Shown here: positions 48,980-59,374 of the stretch, in pieces
How the letters are laid out: every line of letters begins with the position of its first letter
Position numbering within the stretch: the first letter of the stretch is position 1
Virus record (IMG/VR): IMGVR_UViG_3300043399_000509
DNA from: a virus
DNA length: 64,000 nucleotides
Direction: 5' to 3' (one strand)
Made by a program: the position numbers and the translations under genes
Notes under the pieces: generated by a model
What the model was told of the DNA's origin: nothing
Database searches by the model: none
Seen by the model: the letters and a program-made list of their open reading frames with translations, nothing else

Positions 48980-49693
48980 TTATTCCGCTACCTTTTTGAG
49001 TTTGGCTTGTTTGCCCTGAACATGTATTCCACTAAACTCCACACCAGGATGAAGTTCTCGTAATGTTTGTCCTGATGGATTTGCTGCAACACCATGGATC
49101 GATGTGACATTTGCTGGATGATCATCATAACCTACAACCTTTTTGATTGTATGTCCTTGAGCACCAAGCCTACGAATAACCTTGTTTAGAGTTCGGGCTT
49201 TGTTTACATGGGTTGGATTCTTACCTTCATTGCCTGCTCTATGAAGATGAATCTTATCCATATCAAGACCCATTTGTTTCAAAGAACCAAGAAGAATATG
49301 GGGTTGCTGCATATCTGATCTGGCAGTAATGATATGGACATGATGGCCAGCATCAACAAGCCTTTGAGCATGACGGATCATCTTATGAATAGGAGAAGCA
49401 GACTCAGCAAACTTTTTAGAACTTGCAAACTCGCTGTAATCATATGAATGTCCTGGTTTTAGCTTATGGCTATTGTAACCGGAAGTAGAAAGAGTTTCTA
49501 CTCTCTTACCATTCTCATCTTTCACATGAATCTTGGCACCTTTTTCTGGATCGTGATGGACGAGTGTATCATCCATATCAAACCAGTGAAGATGTTCCTC
49601 TGGCTTTACTCCACCTTCAGGCTTGGTATACATGGCCTGAGTTAGTTTCTTCCTCAAAGATTCTTCTTCTAAAAATGCCTTGAATGTTAGCAT
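48980..49693 (-). CDS. HAD-superfamily phosphatase with capsid-targeting-like N-terminus
   Basis: MLTFKAFLEE; FDMDDT, ITAR, K, YDD. Confidence 0.7.
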   Translation of the reverse strand: MLTFKAFLEEESLRKKLTQAMYTKPEGGVKPEEHLHWFDMDDTLVHHDPEKGAKIHVKDENGKRVETLSTSGYNSHKLKPGHSYDYSEFASSKKFAESASPIHKMIRHAQRLVDAGHHVHIITARSDMQQPHILLGSLKQMGLDMDKIHLHRAGNEGKNPTHVNKARTLNKVIRRLGAQGHTIKKVVGYDDHPANVTSIHGVAANPSGQTLRELHPGVEFSGIHVQGKQAKLKKVAE

Positions 49694-50104
49694 TTAGGAT
49701 GCTTCCCTTTTCTTTTTGCCTATTGTGTATTTCTGCACCAAGTTCCATTCACCCTTTTCTTTATGAGAGATAATCTTGATTTGTGAAATAGGGACTGTTG
49801 GTGATTTGCTTTTTTCCTCATCAACAAGATCAACCAATTCCCATTCGTGAAGAAGATTGGCTATTGTATTTCTTCGGGCCACATCTTCTTCTGTAAAATC
49901 AGAACTCTTTCCATCCAATAAAAATAACTCTTTAAAATGAAGAATGTAATACTTAGATTGTTTGTGTAGAATATGACAGCTTTGATATAGTGTCTTTTCT
50001 TTACGTGAAGAAATTCCAATCCTGGACAGTGTTTCTCTCACCTTTAGAAAGTCATCAGGCTCTACGAGTTTCACTTCTATTAGTTCGTTTAGATTCAATG
50101 CCAT
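49694..50104 (-). CDS. regA: Translational repressor RegA
   Basis: DDFLKVRETLSRIG, LYQSCHILHKQ..YYILHFKELF. Confidence 0.95.
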   Translation of the reverse strand: MALNLNELIEVKLVEPDDFLKVRETLSRIGISSRKEKTLYQSCHILHKQSKYYILHFKELFLLDGKSSDFTEEDVARRNTIANLLHEWELVDLVDEEKSKSPTVPISQIKIISHKEKGEWNLVQKYTIGKKKREAS

Positions 50105-50480
50105 TATTCAATCCACCCTTATGTATCCTTTTTCTTAGGTCATCGACTTGTTCTTTCGATAGCAAGGTCATAACAACTCTGGCTTTCTCGTCCGAGTATT
50201 TATAATACTCTTTGATAACCTCTAGGTCTTCTACCTTTTCCCTTTTGAGCCATTTTTGATATGGTCTTTTGTAAGGTCTGACTATATTTAGCAAATAAGA
50301 ATATTGCATGGTTTTATCAGTATTGGGTAGCATATTCATTTGATTAGCATACATAACACAATCCATATGTTGTGAAAGAGCCTTATTCACAACATATGGA
50401 ACATAGTCTTTTTCATTATCAAGACAAGGTTTCTTGGTCTGTAGAATAGAGGGAATAAGTTCTTTGAATAGGTCTGTCAT
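50055..50480 (-). CDS. 62: Clamp loader small subunit (gp62)
   Basis: YVPYVVNKALS, ANQMN, KEYYKYS; start MTDLFKE. Confidence 0.9.
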   Translation of the reverse strand: MTDLFKELIPSILQTKKPCLDNEKDYVPYVVNKALSQHMDCVMYANQMNMLPNTDKTMQYSYLLNIVRPYKRPYQKWLKREKVEDLEVIKEYYKYSDEKARVVMTLLSKEQVDDLRKRIHKGGLNNGIESKRTNRSETRRA

Positions 50481-51366
50481 TTTTATCACTATCCAATCTT
50501 GATGAGTATAATAAAATCTCTTTAGCTTTTTTAGCTTCTTTTTTACCATCACTAGTTGTTGATCTTCTACCAGCAGTATAAACTATATCATACATCTCGT
50601 GATGGAGTCCTCCCATATTATCTTCATAGAATGAATCATTTGTATCTCTATTACAATAATAGACTAGATGACCTTCATTATCAGCCTTCTTAGAAAAATC
50701 AATCAGTTTTTTGTGATCATCGTCTGTAAAAGTTTGGCCGTATTGAGTATACGAGTTTCTATAGGGTGGGTCAAAAAAGAAAAAACATTTTCCTTTTAGT
50801 TTTGAGCAACAGTCTTTCCAATCTCCAGAATAAATATCAACATTTTGAAGAAACTCGTGCCATTCTATAACATTTCTCTTGTCATAAACATGGTTTTTTT
50901 GGTTTAACAAACCTGCTGGTGTTGCAAATCTCCCATTAGAATCTTTCATTGTTTGAAAGATTCCATTGAATGCAGTCTTCATCAAAAAGTATAGAGTAGC
51001 AGACTCTTTTGTTGGAGTGAGTGTAGTGTAGTGTTTAGTGTAAATATCTCTTATTTCATAAAAGAATGCCTTGCGGTCAGTTTTATTCAATGACAAATAT
51101 TTGTTTGACAGGATATCACAATCTTCAATAAAACTTTGTACATCATTTTTAATCGTTCTATAAAGATTCATAATCTCGGTATTGATATCATTAATAACAA
51201 ACTTTACTCCTGAAGGTCTTTTTGATGCAATATGAATCGTCATCGCCCCACCACCAAAGAATGGTTCAACATATGTATCATAATCTTGATATGGGATACC
51301 AGGAGATATTTGATACTTGATGATCATTTTGTTCTTACCGCCTGCCCACATATACAATGGCTTCAT
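50419..51366 (-). CDS. D12-class DNA adenine methyltransferase
   Basis: WAGGK, EPFFGGG, NDIN, FDPPY. Confidence 0.92.
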   Translation of the reverse strand: MKPLYMWAGGKNKMIIKYQISPGIPYQDYDTYVEPFFGGGAMTIHIASKRPSGVKFVINDINTEIMNLYRTIKNDVQSFIEDCDILSNKYLSLNKTDRKAFFYEIRDIYTKHYTTLTPTKESATLYFLMKTAFNGIFQTMKDSNGRFATPAGLLNQKNHVYDKRNVIEWHEFLQNVDIYSGDWKDCCSKLKGKCFFFFDPPYRNSYTQYGQTFTDDDHKKLIDFSKKADNEGHLVYYCNRDTNDSFYEDNMGGLHHEMYDIVYTAGRRSTTSDGKKEAKKAKEILLYSSRLDSDKNDRPIQRTYSLYSTDQETLS

Positions 51367-51926
51367 TCGAGTCCACTTTCTGTTATTACATTTATCATAT
51401 ATTGCTTTATTTCTTCTCTAGTAAATCCGACAGGACTAATAATCCAAGACTGACCATATTTATAAAGGATGTTTGTTTTTTTATTGTTATCTTCCATCAT
51501 TAAAAATGTTTTTGCGAAACGAGTACAATAAGAATCTTCATCAAATCCTTCACGGGAACCAAATGTTACATAACGAATATTTCCAAAAAGATATTTTGAG
51601 ATACTATAATTTTTTGACCATCTTTCAATAGCATTACCACCCCTACCCTGCTTTTTGGCTTCAAAAATGCCCACTACATTACCATTTTTATACCAAATGC
51701 CCCCATCTGGCACAAATCCTATTTCAATACCTTTACTCTTGAGTAAAGATTTATCAAGAGATTTAGAATATGTATACCCAAGATGGGAAATTTCTTTATA
51801 TATTTCTTCTCTAAGTTCTTTTAATGTACTATCCAAAGATTTGGCATGAATATCAGTCGCAACTGTTCCTTTTTGGATGCCTCCTTTAAATATATCATCT
51901 CTTTGAGATGCAGTTTCCATTTTCAA
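51363..51926 (-). CDS. EcoRI/MunI-like type II restriction endonuclease
   Basis: PDGG...EAKKQG..GNAIERWSKN, as in EcoRI PDGG/EAKHQG/GNAIERSHKN. Confidence 0.75.
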   Translation of the reverse strand: MKMETASQRDDIFKGGIQKGTVATDIHAKSLDSTLKELREEIYKEISHLGYTYSKSLDKSLLKSKGIEIGFVPDGGIWYKNGNVVGIFEAKKQGRGGNAIERWSKNYSISKYLFGNIRYVTFGSREGFDEDSYCTRFAKTFLMMEDNNKKTNILYKYGQSWIISPVGFTREEIKQYMINVITESGLE

Positions 51927-51930
51927 TTTC

Positions 51931-52869
51931 CTATTTTATCTCACATTCAACCATGATTTCTGTTAGACATGCAACCATGTTGATCTCTTGGTCTGCCACA
52001 AATGCAGCCTGATACTGATACTTACCCAAGATCACCACTGCAATAGGAATACTATCAGGTTTTAGGTATTCTGTCAAGCCCTCGTATATCTTACGAAAAA
52101 TCCTAGAAGAATCAATATCAGAGTTCATCACAACCCATTTACGCATTGCTGTGAAGTCTTTGTTCTTAATGCTCTTAATGAGTTCATCCAAGTTTCGAAC
52201 ATTGCTGATCTGTGCCAGAACACCAGCATCAATGTTTCCGCCCGATGCATATCGTTGAATTTCATTTAGAGTACGACGATAATCAGGAAAGAACTTTTCA
52301 ACGATCTTTACAAGAACAGTCTTATCATATGTGATATTCTCTGTTGATAGAATTGTCATAAGACGCTTTAGAAAAGCCAAGGCCATCTTCGGCTTCTCAT
52401 CCGATTTCAATGTAAAGTCAATAACAGAACATCTGGAATGCAAGGCATCAATCAAACGGGACTTGAAGTTACATGTAAGAATGAACGAACAGTTTGTTGA
52501 AAACTCCTCAATAGCACCACGTAGGGCAGCCTGTGCTTCTGGTGTGATATAGTCTGCCTCATCAAGAATGATGACCTTACGTCCACCAGATATTGAAACA
52601 GTGGATGCGTAGGACTTGATCTTGACACGCAGGGTATCAATACCTCGCTCATCAGAAGAGTTGATGAAAAGAGGATTGATACCTAGTTCATTACACATGG
52701 CCAGGGCAATAGTAGTCTTACCCACACCTGCTGTTCCTGTCAGCATCAGGTTTGGAATATTTCCTGATTTGACATATGACTCAAATGTATTTTTTAGACG
52801 GTCAGGTAAAATACAATCGGCCACTTTATGTGGCCGATATTTTTCTACAAAAAGATATTCCTCAGTCAT
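51931..52869 (-). CDS. 44: Clamp loader large subunit (gp44)
   Basis: EKYRP, GVGKTT, DEAD, SRC. Confidence 0.96.
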   Translation of the reverse strand: MTEEYLFVEKYRPHKVADCILPDRLKNTFESYVKSGNIPNLMLTGTAGVGKTTIALAMCNELGINPLFINSSDERGIDTLRVKIKSYASTVSISGGRKVIILDEADYITPEAQAALRGAIEEFSTNCSFILTCNFKSRLIDALHSRCSVIDFTLKSDEKPKMALAFLKRLMTILSTENITYDKTVLVKIVEKFFPDYRRTLNEIQRYASGGNIDAGVLAQISNVRNLDELIKSIKNKDFTAMRKWVVMNSDIDSSRIFRKIYEGLTEYLKPDSIPIAVVILGKYQYQAAFVADQEINMVACLTEIMVECEIK

Positions 52870-53126
52870 TACGATAGAACCTCGTTATAAAACGTCTCAA
52901 ATGCATCATTCTGTTCAACCTCATCCTTGAAGTTGGCCTTATGATACACCTTGGCTAGTCGCCGCACAACCTTTTTATCGAGTGTTAGTTCTTCAGTTAC
53001 CTTGTTGATAATCTCTTTTTGTAGATCACGCTCTGCTTCAATGCGTGTCATGGAGTTTGACATTTCCTGAATTGCATCACGCAGCTTCTTACGATCTTCA
53101 GTTGATAGTGAGTTCACAGTTGACAT
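52869..53126 (-). CDS. DsbA/GapR-like dsDNA-binding protein
   Basis: MTRIEAERDL...VRRLAKVYHKANF; synteny. Confidence 0.65.
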   Translation of the reverse strand: MSTVNSLSTEDRKKLRDAIQEMSNSMTRIEAERDLQKEIINKVTEELTLDKKVVRRLAKVYHKANFKDEVEQNDAFETFYNEVLS

Positions 53127-53139
53127 GATATATTATCTC

Positions 53140-53799
53140 CTACTTAATCGCTTCGAACGCATTGAAGTATGTGATCTTCCGTGTCTTGGATTTGAACCGG
53201 GCAAACATAGGAAGCTTGATATCTACAGTATAATCATCAGATAGTAGTTTGATATTCTCGGTTTTGATAGTAGCAATAAAATCATCACCTGAATATTCAC
53301 CAATACTTGTCTTTGCACTGTTACATGTATCATCCTTACGGTCATGAACAATAAGTGTGAGTTCACCATTCTTACCCTGAACAGAAAGATGTGGTAGATT
53401 GTTCATTGACGCAATACGCAGAAGTTTTGTTAGAGTTGCCTTTGGTAGATCAAAAGACACATTTGGATTTTGAACAGTTAGACTCTTATCCTCGGGTGGT
53501 GTCTTGATCAACTCAGGACTACATGCATAGTAGGTTAGATTTAGAGAACCATCATCAAGAGTAACCTTCTTATCATCAAAGGTTAGCTCTGGTGAGTTTA
53601 AGGCTGAGATATTTCCAATAAAATGATTTAGGTCATACACAGCAAACTTGGATGGAAAGGTATCCTCAAACTCAGCCTCAGCCATGATGCTATGATCTTC
53701 TGAGATTGTCTTTTGAATATTACCCTTTAGAAAAACAACACCTGTATTGATCGTGGAAAAGTTCTTCATTACAGTCATAGTATAGTCGCTTAGTTTCAT
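53140..53799 (-). CDS. 45: Sliding clamp (gp45)
   Basis: MKLS..T...KNFSTIN, FAVYDL..F. Confidence 0.93.
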   Translation of the reverse strand: MKLSDYTMTVMKNFSTINTGVVFLKGNIQKTISEDHSIMAEAEFEDTFPSKFAVYDLNHFIGNISALNSPELTFDDKKVTLDDGSLNLTYYACSPELIKTPPEDKSLTVQNPNVSFDLPKATLTKLLRIASMNNLPHLSVQGKNGELTLIVHDRKDDTCNSAKTSIGEYSGDDFIATIKTENIKLLSDDYTVDIKLPMFARFKSKTRKITYFNAFEAIK

Positions 53800-53815
53800 A
53801 TCAAATCTCCTTGAC

Positions 53816-54451
53816 TTATTTGTTCACATTACCACATCCACGGAATACAGTCAACATATATTCGATGTTGGTTTCAAGTTGTTCCTTTGATCCATCATTG
53901 TATAAATGATAGTGGAAGTGCTGCCCAATCCAGGCCCATTCAGAAAGATGAATGTCTGGATGCCTTTTGTACATTTCAAACTTTTCACTTATGTTATGAT
54001 CATATGCTGTGTCGTACCATTCAGGATCAGGACCACGAATAACACGGACCACAAATCCACCCTTTCTTTTGATGAAATCAATCTCATTTGGAAATCTCAC
54101 ATCAGTGATGACAACATTTTCTATACCATCAATCTTGCGTTCCAAAGAATCAATCCAGATATTGTTCCCCAGAACATCACGACAAGCCTCTGTTCCAAAG
54201 AACTGTAATGCCCATCGTGGAGTTATTTCACGCCTGAACTTGGCACTCCAGAATGCATCTGCTTTTTCTCTAAAGGCTCTACTTTCATCTGTATCACCTT
54301 CCAAAAGGTGCCGTGGCCATCCAAAGATGGAAGCCACAGCGTCTTTTAGATTATCAGCAAATGCTACTTTTTGAAAGCCAAACTTTGATACAAGAACATC
54401 ACCTGCGGTCCCTTTCCCCGAACCAGCAAAACCAACAACACCTAGTATCAT
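53816..54451 (-). CDS. dNMP kinase (gp1-like)
   Basis: GFAGSGKGT, FADNLK, LQFFGTE, DVRFPNE, HLSE. Confidence 0.9.
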   Translation of the reverse strand: MILGVVGFAGSGKGTAGDVLVSKFGFQKVAFADNLKDAVASIFGWPRHLLEGDTDESRAFREKADAFWSAKFRREITPRWALQFFGTEACRDVLGNNIWIDSLERKIDGIENVVITDVRFPNEIDFIKRKGGFVVRVIRGPDPEWYDTAYDHNISEKFEMYKRHPDIHLSEWAWIGQHFHYHLYNDGSKEQLETNIEYMLTVFRGCGNVNK

Positions 54452-54460
54452 ATCAACCTC

Positions 54461-55278
54461 TTATAGCGAACCAGTTAATGATGCGATTCTTGGCATATCA
54501 CCAGGGAACTCATAAGTTCCAATGTGGCCAGTCTTCATCCAAGGACACAACCAAACCTTACCGCCAATGGCTCTCCAATACTGACAGAACATATAGTCTT
54601 CACTCAAGTATCGATGTGAATCTGGATCAATGATTGTATCAAAGAATGCATGGATATATCTTGAACCATCAAAGTTGGCTTGGCCGATATGATCTGGCTT
54701 ATAGTTTAGATGTGGATATTCTTCCTTGAACTTTTCAAAGACTTCACGCTTCACCATCATAAAGCCTGTACCGATTTCCATAACTTCTAGTGGTTCGGTT
54801 ACTTTAAACTGTTTTGTGCCAGGAACAGGATTGAAAACATAGTCACCTGTCAGTCCAGATAAATCTGATGGATTCCATTTTGAATCATCAAAGTTGGGAT
54901 CAGCAAGAACTTTCTTTGAAGCCTTCCATACCTGATTCCAATTTAAACTCTTTTTTGGATAGGGTGCACCAACAATTTCTTTGTCGAGTGCCAGGAGTGC
55001 CAGGACATCCTCTGGATTGAAATGAATGTCTGAGTCGATAAAAAGTAGATGTGTGAAACCAGAACGTAGAAACTCGTCTACCAGATAGTTTCTTGCTCGG
55101 GTGATTAGGCTTTCATTGAATAGGAATGAGAATCGAATCTCAATACCATACTTCATTGCAACTGTTTGAAGGTCGAGGCAGGACTTCATATAAAGTCCGT
55201 GGTTGAAGCCACCATACATAGGTGTCGCAATAAACAACTTACACTTCCTTAGGTCTTCAACTTTGATAGATAGTTCCA
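54461..55278 (-). CDS. GT-A-fold glycosyltransferase-like protein
   Basis: ATPMYGG, ESLITRARN, FIDSDI, GTGFMM, LSEDY. Confidence 0.8.
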
Positions 55279-55341
55279 TACTACACATTCTCCATTCTGT
55301 ATCATTATATCGGGAGTGCCATCCCGCTAGTATATATGTGC

Positions 55342-55375
55342 GAAAATAGGGCCAGCGGTTTGCCAGCCCTATTTC
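55342..55375 (-). terminator. Hairpin terminator after the cobS-like gene
   Basis: AAATAGGGC...GCCCTATTTT. Confidence 0.6.
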
Positions 55376-55391
55376 TTTTAGACTTTATTTC

Positions 55392-56708
55392 TTAGAAAGG
55401 AATCTCATCTGGTGTTGTCATCTTTACTGGAACCGTGACTGTGTACTGAAATGATGCTGCATCATAAAGAATTGTATTCAACAAGCCTACATCAACAGTA
55501 CCTGAACCATCAGCAAACTGCCAAGTACCACCTACATTAGAAACGACTTTCTTTTCAGTGGTTGGCTGTGCTGCTGGAGCAGGAGCACCAATGGTCTCGT
55601 CAATCTTTTTGTACAAGTCCATAAACGAGTTCTTAGTATCAACATCAAACCGATTGAGACACAACTGAATTGCCTTTTCACGGTTGCCCTTGAAGATTGC
55701 AAAGGCTTCGCAGATGTGAACCAGACGACGAGTCGAAATGATTTCTGAGATTGCACCTTCGGCAAAAGTCTTACGAACAATCTCAGCCCAAGTCACAAGC
55801 TTCTCAACAAACTTGTCATCGGCCATACCAGACTTGGCAAGCACTGCGTTTAGAATCTTTGCCTCAGTCTTTGCATTGGGATATTCCTGTTCCATTGTAA
55901 CAGAGAAACGCTCAAGGAACGCTTCGTTCATAACGTTGGTGCCGATAAAGCGACCATCATCAGAACCCTTACCCTTTGTATTGGCCGTGGCAACGATATT
56001 GAAGCCAGTAGCAGGGGCAACATACTTGTTGATCTTCTTTAGATAGATGCCCTTACCTTCAAGGATAGGCTGGAGACACATCAGCTTGTTAGAACCAAGA
56101 TCAACCTCGTCAAGCAGTAGAAGTGCACCACGTTCCATTGCGACAATGACCGGACCATTCTGCCATACGGTCTTACCGTCAATCAAACGGAAGCCGCCGA
56201 TCAAATCGTCTTCATCAGTTTCAATCGTAATGTTGACACGGATGCACTCACGCTTTTCGGCAGCACAAACCTGTTCAACCATCATTGTCTTACCGTTACC
56301 AGATAGGCCGGTGATATACAGGGGATAGAACTTACGAGAAGCAATGATAGAACGAACATCCTTGAAATGACCGAACGGAACATAACCAGCAACCTTTTCA
56401 GGCACAAGCGACACTTCGGTCGTTACGGTGGAATCAGACTTTACCAAAGAAAGAGCCATATTTACGGTTGCCTCATTATCCATTGTTACAGGGGCGGGTG
56501 TTACTACTGGTGCGGCAGCAACAGGGCCAGAGAGAGAATACACACCACGAGAAACACGCAGGGTGGAATCATTCAAAAGCCACGTAGGTAAACCAATACC
56601 AGATTCCTTACATACTTCGGTAACCTGCTGCCGAGTAATACTTGTAATAGTACCATACTTTGCGGCAACAGCATCAGTAAACTTTTGACGGTCAACAGTC
56701 TTAGCCAT
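55392..56708 (-). CDS. cobS: CobS-like (MoxR-type) AAA+ ATPase
   Basis: GLSGNGKT, LLLDE, TANTKG, NEAFLERF, STRRLV; start MAKTV. Confidence 0.9.
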   Translation of the reverse strand: MAKTVDRQKFTDAVAAKYGTITSITRQQVTEVCKESGIGLPTWLLNDSTLRVSRGVYSLSGPVAAAPVVTPAPVTMDNEATVNMALSLVKSDSTVTTEVSLVPEKVAGYVPFGHFKDVRSIIASRKFYPLYITGLSGNGKTMMVEQVCAAEKRECIRVNITIETDEDDLIGGFRLIDGKTVWQNGPVIVAMERGALLLLDEVDLGSNKLMCLQPILEGKGIYLKKINKYVAPATGFNIVATANTKGKGSDDGRFIGTNVMNEAFLERFSVTMEQEYPNAKTEAKILNAVLAKSGMADDKFVEKLVTWAEIVRKTFAEGAISEIISTRRLVHICEAFAIFKGNREKAIQLCLNRFDVDTKNSFMDLYKKIDETIGAPAPAAQPTTEKKVVSNVGGTWQFADGSGTVDVGLLNTILYDAASFQYTVTVPVKMTTPDEIPF

Positions 56709-56740
56709 CTTTAGAACCTTTCTCTCATCATCATAAGAAT

Positions 56741-56803
56741 AATATATCACAGTGAAACGGGAAAGTCAAGGGCTGATTTTATCAATGTTTTCAGCCCTTG
56801 ACT
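56741..56803 (-). promoter_or_regulatory. sigma70 promoter with its -35 inside a 13-bp inverted repeat
   Basis: TTGACT-N17-TATATT; AGTCAAGGGCTGA...TCAGCCCTTGACT. Confidence 0.65.
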
Positions 56804-56810
56804 AGTTGAC

Positions 56811-59015
56811 CTATGCAACCCGACAAACCTTATCCATAAACTTGGACAGTAGCACTCGGTTTACAGTTTTCTTTTCGGCAAACTTGATAAAGGCACTTGC
56901 GAGTCTCTGTTTGGATATGCCAGGGGCAACAGACTCAAACTTATCAGCCGATTTAGTTTGAGTGTTGATGATGTAGTAATCATCATAGCCCTTGCTTGAA
57001 ATTGCAATGTAACCGTTATCACTCCACTGTTTCTTATTCTCAGCATTGTATGGATCAAGCAAGTAACCAGCATTACGCAATGAACCACTATGAAGATAGA
57101 AGCCAATAACATTACTTTGTGTTCGATCCTTGAGAATTTTCAACAAGGTATCAGTCATAACCTGACCGTGCATACTATTGATGTTATATGACTTCTTCAT
57201 AACGGTATCATTTAAAATATACATATTACCCTTTGGTTTGTGGGGCAAGTATGTTCTGCTTTGATCGTGGTAACCAGTAATAGAATCCGATCCACCATCA
57301 GTCAAGAAAATGGTATTCACACCCTGCAACTTATTCTTTTTACGGAAGTCATTGACGATAGTTTCGGCAACAACAATCGCTTGGTTGAGCGGTGTGGATT
57401 CCATCTTATCACAAGGATAGTAAAGCCTATTCGTTGCGTGAGCAAACAGGATTTCAAATGCCTTGTTTAGAGTAGAGGTGTTCATCCGTGAAGATAGGAT
57501 GTTTCGCAGTTTGAAGTTATGAAATGTGATATCGTTTGTTTTATAATCAAACTGCTTACTAAATCTTTCCTGTGAGTCGGCTTCACGGAACAGATACACA
57601 TCAAAAGGAATCTGCACTCGCTTACAGAACATCACAAGAGACATTAGCTGCTTCATTGTATATTCAATGTTATAGACCATTGAACCTGACCAATCAAGGA
57701 ACATACAGAAGCCATAGTTTTTACCCTCGGGCACTACCGATGTACGACGGAAAATATCATCATTGTACTTGTATGAAAACATCTTGTTTGTGTCAATAAC
57801 ACCAGTCTTAGCAATACGAGTGCGAGAGTAAGCATCGGCACGTTTCTTCATTTCAAACTCTTTGACCATGAAAGAGATTGAGTCGTTTTCCTTTTGCTTG
57901 AATGTCACAAAGTTTTTCTGGGCACTCTGTACACTAGTCCAGTTAGACTTGTAACGAGCATACTCCTTTTCCATTTGTGGAATAACAACAGAGAAGTCAT
58001 CAACAATGTTTTTGATATCATACTTTGGAATCGTCAAATAGACATAGTTGACATCATCATTACGAACAATGGTATCCAAGTTTTTGTTAGCGGCTTTTTC
58101 AGTTTCGCTATCTGGGATATCGTTTTCTGTTGAATCAAATGACCCACCAACCTCACTATTCTTGCTTGGCTTTGACTTTACTTTTGATTCAGTTTCATCG
58201 TCACCAGATTCTGAGTCTGCGTCACCATCGCCTTCATCACCATCAGCAACATCATCAGATTCATCGTCACCATCAGTGCTAACACTTCCAATACCATCAT
58301 CAGAGTCATTGCTATCCTCACCATCACCATCAACATCTTCATAGTCAAAGTCCATATCATCTTCATCAACTTCATCTAACTCAATGTCATCAGATGCAGT
58401 TTGACTCTTGATCTTATTGGCATCAAGACAGAACTTATAAACATCTTCGGTCAATGCAATCACATCTTCAAATGTTTCGGCATTGTCAATACGATTGACG
58501 AAAACCATTTCAGGGGCAGAAAACTTGATACCAAGTAATACGCCACCCTTGAAGTACATATTGAGACGATCAATAAAATTGAAAGAGTTTACATCCTTAC
58601 CAAGCGTACCAAAGAAATTGCGTTCAAACAATTCCTTATAGCCAGCAACATAGTTGCGGCGTGAACCAGGATAACGACGCTTTTGACGCTTGTCGATACG
58701 AGCATCTTCAATGACGTTCATAAAGTTTTTGATGGCACCCCTTGCCTTATCAGGGTTTTCAGGGTGATACTTTTTCGCAATGGCATTGATATGTTCAATC
58801 CAGGCATCACCCGGAGTGTCCAAAGCGTGGCCCGTTTCGTGAACCACAAGCATATCATACAAGTCATCAGAAATATTCTGCCATACAGGTAGAATAAGGT
58901 TGCGATTCTTTACATCAAAAGAGGCAGTCTTTGCACCGGGACTATGCATAACAGTAATATTTTCAGTGGCCAATAGTCGGGCCAACTGAGATTTGATTTG
59001 ATTTGTTGCGGTCAT
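56811..59015 (-). CDS. CobT-like protein (HExxH domain, acidic linker, VWA domain)
   Basis: HETGHAL, EDARI, DWSGSM MIDAS, TPL, LTDG. Confidence 0.85.
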   Translation of the reverse strand: MTATNQIKSQLARLLATENITVMHSPGAKTASFDVKNRNLILPVWQNISDDLYDMLVVHETGHALDTPGDAWIEHINAIAKKYHPENPDKARGAIKNFMNVIEDARIDKRQKRRYPGSRRNYVAGYKELFERNFFGTLGKDVNSFNFIDRLNMYFKGGVLLGIKFSAPEMVFVNRIDNAETFEDVIALTEDVYKFCLDANKIKSQTASDDIELDEVDEDDMDFDYEDVDGDGEDSNDSDDGIGSVSTDGDDESDDVADGDEGDGDADSESGDDETESKVKSKPSKNSEVGGSFDSTENDIPDSETEKAANKNLDTIVRNDDVNYVYLTIPKYDIKNIVDDFSVVIPQMEKEYARYKSNWTSVQSAQKNFVTFKQKENDSISFMVKEFEMKKRADAYSRTRIAKTGVIDTNKMFSYKYNDDIFRRTSVVPEGKNYGFCMFLDWSGSMVYNIEYTMKQLMSLVMFCKRVQIPFDVYLFREADSQERFSKQFDYKTNDITFHNFKLRNILSSRMNTSTLNKAFEILFAHATNRLYYPCDKMESTPLNQAIVVAETIVNDFRKKNKLQGVNTIFLTDGGSDSITGYHDQSRTYLPHKPKGNMYILNDTVMKKSYNINSMHGQVMTDTLLKILKDRTQSNVIGFYLHSGSLRNAGYLLDPYNAENKKQWSDNGYIAISSKGYDDYYIINTQTKSADKFESVAPGISKQRLASAFIKFAEKKTVNRVLLSKFMDKVCRVA

Positions 59016-59079
59016 AATGTCCTCTCACAAGTTATACATAATAATAACACAGCCAAAATGAAATCGCAACATACAAAAA

Positions 59080-59096
59080 TGCATGGCTGCTATGCA
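59080..59096. promoter_or_regulatory. Palindromic operator TGCAT-N7-ATGCA, copy 1
   Basis: 10 bp upstream of TTGCGA-N17-TATTAT. Confidence 0.6.
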
Positions 59097-59098
59097 AA

Positions 59099-59302
59099 TC
59101 ATACTTTGGGTAATCGCACTTTCATCATTTGCGATGATGACATATCCCTGGGTGGAACCTTTGTAAGCTTCCAGGGTGTCCACTTGTATCCAAAACGTGG
59201 ATCACGGTACTGTGATCGTCTAAACCACTTACCATCCTTATTTTGAACATGGTGTGATTGTGATGTGTAGTCCATAGAATAAGTTGTATAAACTATATAC
59301 AT
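59099..59302 (-). CDS. Small hypothetical protein
   Basis: ORF with GGAGG RBS and own promoter. Confidence 0.6.
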   Translation of the reverse strand: MYIVYTTYSMDYTSQSHHVQNKDGKWFRRSQYRDPRFGYKWTPWKLTKVPPRDMSSSQMMKVRLPKV

Positions 59303-59374
59303 TTGTCTACGACCTCCATCAGCGATTATGTAAGTATATTACCACCATCCAACCCAAAATTCAATAAATGATAA

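Noticed and set aside
55392-59015. Cobalamin biosynthesis role for the cobS/cobT-like genes
   Set aside because: This AAA+/VWA pair is common in T4-like phages, and no cobN or other cob genes are present here.
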